64,000 nucleotides of DNA from assembly GCA_963708065.1 (NCBI GenBank), contig CAVPRZ010000009.1, forward strand, positions 28,702 to 92,701, written 5' to 3'. The stretch comes from an uncultured Chloroflexia bacterium. Its GTDB lineage: Bacteria > Chloroflexota > Limnocylindria > Limnocylindrales > CSP1-4. Of the stretch, positions 60,328 through 64,000 are shown piece after piece. The notes beneath the pieces were generated by a model, which did no database searches, was not told the DNA's origin, and saw only the letters and a program-made list of their open reading frames with translations. A program made the position numbers and the translations under genes. Each line of letters begins with the position of its first letter. Position 1 is the stretch's first letter.

Positions 60328-60337
60328 TTTCCGCCCG

Positions 60338-61814
60338 TCAGTCGTCGACGAGGACGAGCGCGCTCTGCGGCGGGAGATCGACCGAGCCCGACCAGGCGGA
60401 GCCGCCGGCGAGGCCCGGGAGGGCCAGGGACCGGAATGCCTCCGGCTCGTCGCGCGGGAGGGCGAGCGTCGCGTGCGCCCGCCCAGCGTTGAGCGCGACG
60501 ATCGCCCGGTGGCCCTCGGCCTCGCGCAGGTAGGCGACGCCGGTGCCGGCCGCCGAGAGCACCCGAACCGAGCCCCGACGGAGCGCGACGTGGTCGCGCC
60601 GGGCGGCGGTCAGCGCGGTCACGAACGCTCGAAGGTCACGGTCACCCGCCTTCGGGTCGGCCGGATAGGCGCGCCGGCTGTCGGGGTCGTGGTCGCCCTC
60701 CATCCCGATCTCGTCGCCGTAGTAGATGCACGGCGCGCCGGGGAGCGTGAACTGGAGGACCATCGCCAGGCGGAGCGACGTCCGGTCGCCGCCGAGGACG
60801 GTCAGCGCGCGGGGCGCGTCGTGGCTGCCGATGAGGTTGAGCTCGACGGCGGTGACCTCCGGGTCGTAGATCGTCATCAGCGCCTCGAGCCGGCGACCGA
60901 ACGCCGCGCCGTCGAGCGGGTGGAGCATCCGCCGGTACGAGTCATGACCGGCGATGACATCGAGGGCGAGGTGATCGCCACCGGCAAACCCGAGGATCGC
61001 CGTCCCGAGCGGGTAGTTCATCGTGCGCGTCGAAGCGGTCACCCTCGACCCACTCCGGCGCCTCGTCCCACAGCTCGCCGACGAGGTAGGCCTCGCGGTT
61101 CACCGCGCGGCAGCGGTTGCGGAACTCCTGCCAGAATCCCCGGTCGTCGATCTCACCCGGGACGTCGAGCCGCCAGCCGTCGATCCCGAAGCGGAGCCAG
61201 TGCTCGCCGACACCGAGCAGGTACTCGCGGGTCGGCGGATGGTCGGTGTTGAACTTGGGCAGCGCGGGCAGCCCCCACCAGGCCCGGTAACCGAGCGGAG
61301 CACCGCCTCCCCCGCCTCGCTCCGGGTAGGCGTTCAGCTCGGCGGTCCCGGCGAGGACCGCCGGGTCGAGGAGGAACCAGTCGCGGTACGGCGAGGCGGC
61401 CCCGTTCTCGAGGACGTGGTGGAACGGCCAGAAGCCGCGGCCGCAGTGGTTGAAGACGCCGTCGAGGATCACCCGCATCCCACGCTCGTGGGCCCGATCG
61501 AGCAGCTCGCGCAGGGCGGCGTTGCCGCCGAGGAGCGGGTCGACCTCGTGGTAGTCGTAGGCGTGGTAGCGGTGGTTGGAGGCCGAGCTGAAGACCGGGT
61601 TCAGGTAGAGCGCCGTGACCCCCAGGTCGCCCAGCTCGCCGAGCCGATCGGCGATCCCGTACAGGTCGCCGCCCTTGAACCCAAGGACGGTCGGCGGCGC
61701 GTCCCACGCCTCGTACGGCCCGGCCGGCGCGAGTCGTGCGCTCCGGGCGAACCGGTCCGGGAAGATCTGGTAGAAGACGGCGTCGGGGACCCAGGCAGGC
61801 GTGTCGATCGGCAT
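60338..61814 (-). pseudogene. GH13 alpha-amylase-family glycoside hydrolase, frame break about 61025-61035
   Basis: VFYQIFPDRF, GVTALYLNPVF, RVILDGVFNH, GWRLDV, LVGELW in one frame. MNYPL... and GSHDAPR, PCIYYGDEIG in the next. Confidence 0.85.
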
Positions 61815-61873
61815 CGCGACGGACGATACCCGCTCGGGCCACCGTCCGATGCGCCGCCGCGTACGCTTTGCCC

Positions 61874-64000
61874 GTGACCGACCGGATCTCGCTCGCCCTC
61901 GTCCTCCACAACCACCAGCCCGTCGGCAACTTCGGGTGGGTCATCGCCGAGTCGTACGAGCGGGCGTACCTGCCGATGCTCGACGCGCTCGAACGCCACC
62001 CGGCGATCCGGGCCGGCCTCCACTACAGCGGCCCGCTCCTCGACTGGCTGCAGGCCGAGCGGCCGGCCTTCGTCGATCGGCTGACGGCGCTTGCCGCGAG
62101 CGGCCGGGTCGAGCTCCTCGGGGGCGGCTACTACGAGCCGATCCTGCCGTCGCTGCCCGAGCGCGACCGGGTCGCCCAGCTTCTCCGGATGGCCGACGAG
62201 ATCGAGCGGCTCGGCGGCCGCCGGCCGGCCGGGGCCTGGCTGGCCGAGCGGGTCTGGGAGCCCGACCTGCCGATGTCGATCGCCGAGGCCGGCTACGCCT
62301 GGACGATCCTCGACGATTCCCACTTCCGGGCGGCGGCGCTCGACGACGACGACCTGTGGGGCCCGTACACGACCGAGGACCAGGGCCGCCTCCTGACGAT
62401 CTTCGGCTCGGACAGGCGGCTGCGCTACGGCATCCCGTTCGGCCGGGTCGAGGACATGATCGATCACCTCGTCGCGAACGCCACCCCGGGCGGAGACCGG
62501 CTCGCCTGCATGGGCGACGACGGCGAGAAGTTCGGGGCCTGGCCCGACACGTTCGAGCACTGCTGGGGCGCCAACGGCTGGGTCGACCGCTTCTTCGCCG
62601 CGCTCGAGGCGGAGCCCGCGATCGCGACCGTGACCCCGTCCGACTGGCTGTCCGGGCATCGACCGATCGGCCGGATCTACCTGCCGACGTCGTCCTACTT
62701 CGAGATGGGCGAGTGGGCCCTCCCGGCCGACCAGGCGCCGGTCTTCGAGGAGGCCGTTCGGTCGGGCCAGGAGCGTGGCGAGCCGTGGGTCCGCTGGCTG
62801 CGCGGTGGCTTCTGGCGCAACTTCCAGGTCAAGTACCGCGAGATCAACGACCTCCACAAGCAGATGCTCCGGGCCTCTGCGGCGGTCGCGGCGATGCCCG
62901 ACGGACCGGCTCGCGGGCTGGCCGCCGATCACCTCCACCAGGGCCAGTCGAATGACTGCTACTGGCACGGCGTGTTCGGCGGGATCTACATCCCGCACAT
63001 GCGGCTCGCGACCCACGAGCACGTGATCGCGGCGCAGGACCTGGCCGACGCGGTCGCCCGGACGTCGGGCAGGCCGGCCGACGGGGCGGCGGCGATCGAC
63101 ACGGACCTCGACGGGATCGACGAGGTCCTCGTCACGACGCCCGGCCAGGTCGTCGTCATCGATCCGGCTGAGGGTGGCGGCATCGGCGCATGGGACATCC
63201 GGGCCGTCCGCCACGCGCTGGCTGCAGTCATTCGCCGCCGCCCGGAGGCATACCACGCGCGGCTCCTGGCGTTCGCGGCGGACGAGGTGCCGGGGAACGG
63301 CGAGGGCGGGCACCATAGCGCCGAGGAGGGCGGTGGCGGTCAGGGGCCGGCGACGATCCATTCGCTGGTCCGGAGCCGGGAGCCGGGGCTGGCAGAACGG
63401 CTGCGCTACGACGCCTACGAACGCCGATCGGGGCTCGTCCACCTGCTCGCGCCGGGCTCGACCGCGAGCGCCTTCGCAGCTGGGGAGGCGGCCGAGCTCG
63501 GCGACGCCGTCGACGGGCCATACGAGATGGTCGCGCTGGAGCCGGGCGTCGTGAGGCTTGCGCGCGACGTGGCGCTGGACGGCGGGCCGCGGGTCGTCCG
63601 GGTCATGAAGCGGCTCGTGGTTGGCGGCGATCGGCGCCGCCCTGCGCTCGACCTCGAGGTGACCGTCGAGAGCCGGGCTGGCGTGGCGGTCCGCTTCGAC
63701 CTGACCGTCGAGTGGGCCCTCATGATGCTCGGCGGCGGCGCGAACCCGGCGGCGTACTACCAGATCGACGCGGAACGCCTGCCCCACGACTCCACCGGTG
63801 AGCGCGCGGACCTGGCGGCGATCGTCAGCGGGAACAGCCACGTCGGCATCGAGCTGACGACGACGGCCGACCCTCCAGCGGTGGCCTGGTGGTCCCCGAT
63901 CGAGACGGTCTCGAACTCGGAGGCCGGCTTCGAGCGCGTCTACCAGGGCAGCGCGCTGGTCTTCGTCTGGCCGGTCGAGCTGGGCCCCGGCGAGAGCCGG
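61874..64000 (+). CDS. GH57-family alpha-amylase/4-alpha-glucanotransferase-like protein with DUF1926-type C-terminus (3' partial)
   Basis: Not in the ORF track because it runs off the window. GTG at 61874, then ISLALVLHNHQPVGNF, GRVELLGGGYYEPIL, AWLAERVWEP, HLHQGQSNDCYWHGVFGGIY, ...WWSPIETVSNSEAGFERVYQGS. The segments I translated by hand (61874-62410, 62942-63040, 63842-64000) are open in one frame; its absence from the track implies no in-frame stop before the window end. Confidence 0.8.
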   Translation, partial: MTDRISLALVLHNHQPVGNFGWVIAESYERAYLPMLDALERHPAIRAGLHYSGPLLDWLQAERPAFVDRLTALAASGRVELLGGGYYEPILPSLPERDRVAQLLRMADEIERLGGRRPAGAWLAERVWEPDLPMSIAEAGYAWTILDDSHFRAAALDDDDLWGPYTTEDQGRLLTIFGSDRRLRYGIPFGRVEDMIDHLVANATPGGDRLACMGDDGEKFGAWPDTFEHCWGANGWVDRFFAALEAEPAIATVTPSDWLSGHRPIGRIYLPTSSYFEMGEWALPADQAPVFEEAVRSGQERGEPWVRWLRGGFWRNFQVKYREINDLHKQMLRASAAVAAMPDGPARGLAADHLHQGQSNDCYWHGVFGGIYIPHMRLATHEHVIAAQDLADAVARTSGRPADGAAAIDTDLDGIDEVLVTTPGQVVVIDPAEGGGIGAWDIRAVRHALAAVIRRRPEAYHARLLAFAADEVPGNGEGGHHSAEEGGGGQGPATIHSLVRSREPGLAERLRYDAYERRSGLVHLLAPGSTASAFAAGEAAELGDAVDGPYEMVALEPGVVRLARDVALDGGPRVVRVMKRLVVGGDRRRPALDLEVTVESRAGVAVRFDLTVEWALMMLGGGANPAAYYQIDAERLPHDSTGERADLAAIVSGNSHVGIELTTTADPPAVAWWSPIETVSNSEAGFERVYQGSALVFVWPVELGPGESR

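Noticed and set aside
61601-63841. 746-aa minus-strand ORF antisense to the GH57 gene
   Set aside because: Low-complexity shadow frame. The plus strand encodes clear GH57/DUF1926 motifs.

Overview
High-GC (about 70% or more by eye), densely coding chromosomal segment. It looks like Actinomycetota or a similar high-GC Gram-positive lineage, judged from GT39/GtrA modules, DinB-type genes, the long ICL2-type isocitrate lyase and pxpABC. Recognisable content: 5-oxoprolinase pxpCBA, one tRNA-Gly(UCC), a LysR regulator divergent from isocitrate lyase, and a five-gene enzyme cluster (aminotransferase, NHL, ThDP enzyme, cyclase-family, ATP-grasp). There are also two OmpR/HisKA two-component systems with envelope modules (GtrA+GT39+DUF5666+HtrA-like; secreted proteins+ApbE+ferric-reductase-like), several small stress/detox genes (VOC, OsmC, DinB, flavodoxin, ferredoxin+FNR) and a glycogen cluster (glgA, glgP, GH13, GH57 running off the 3' edge). 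Two features stand out. (1) At 29.5-35.1 kb the last ~90 nt of msrA occurs six times in direct orientation. The copies are separated by five unrelated 0.4-1.6 kb segments that carry accessory ORFs in either orientation. Every copy would restore the same MsrA C-terminus, but the copies differ mostly at synonymous positions and use TGA, TAA and TAG stops. I read this as an integron-like or attachment-site cassette array that targets the msrA 3' end; no recombinase is visible in the window. A 199-nt element closed by a perfect 16-nt inverted repeat lies just upstream of msrA. (2) About 20 reading-frame breaks interrupt 13 otherwise recognisable genes. This is either indel error in the assembly or genuine decay, and the sequence alone cannot decide. 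No transposase, integrase, phage genes, CRISPR or rRNA were seen. Many long ORFs in the supplied track are Arg/Pro/Gly-rich shadow frames typical of high-GC DNA and were ignored.
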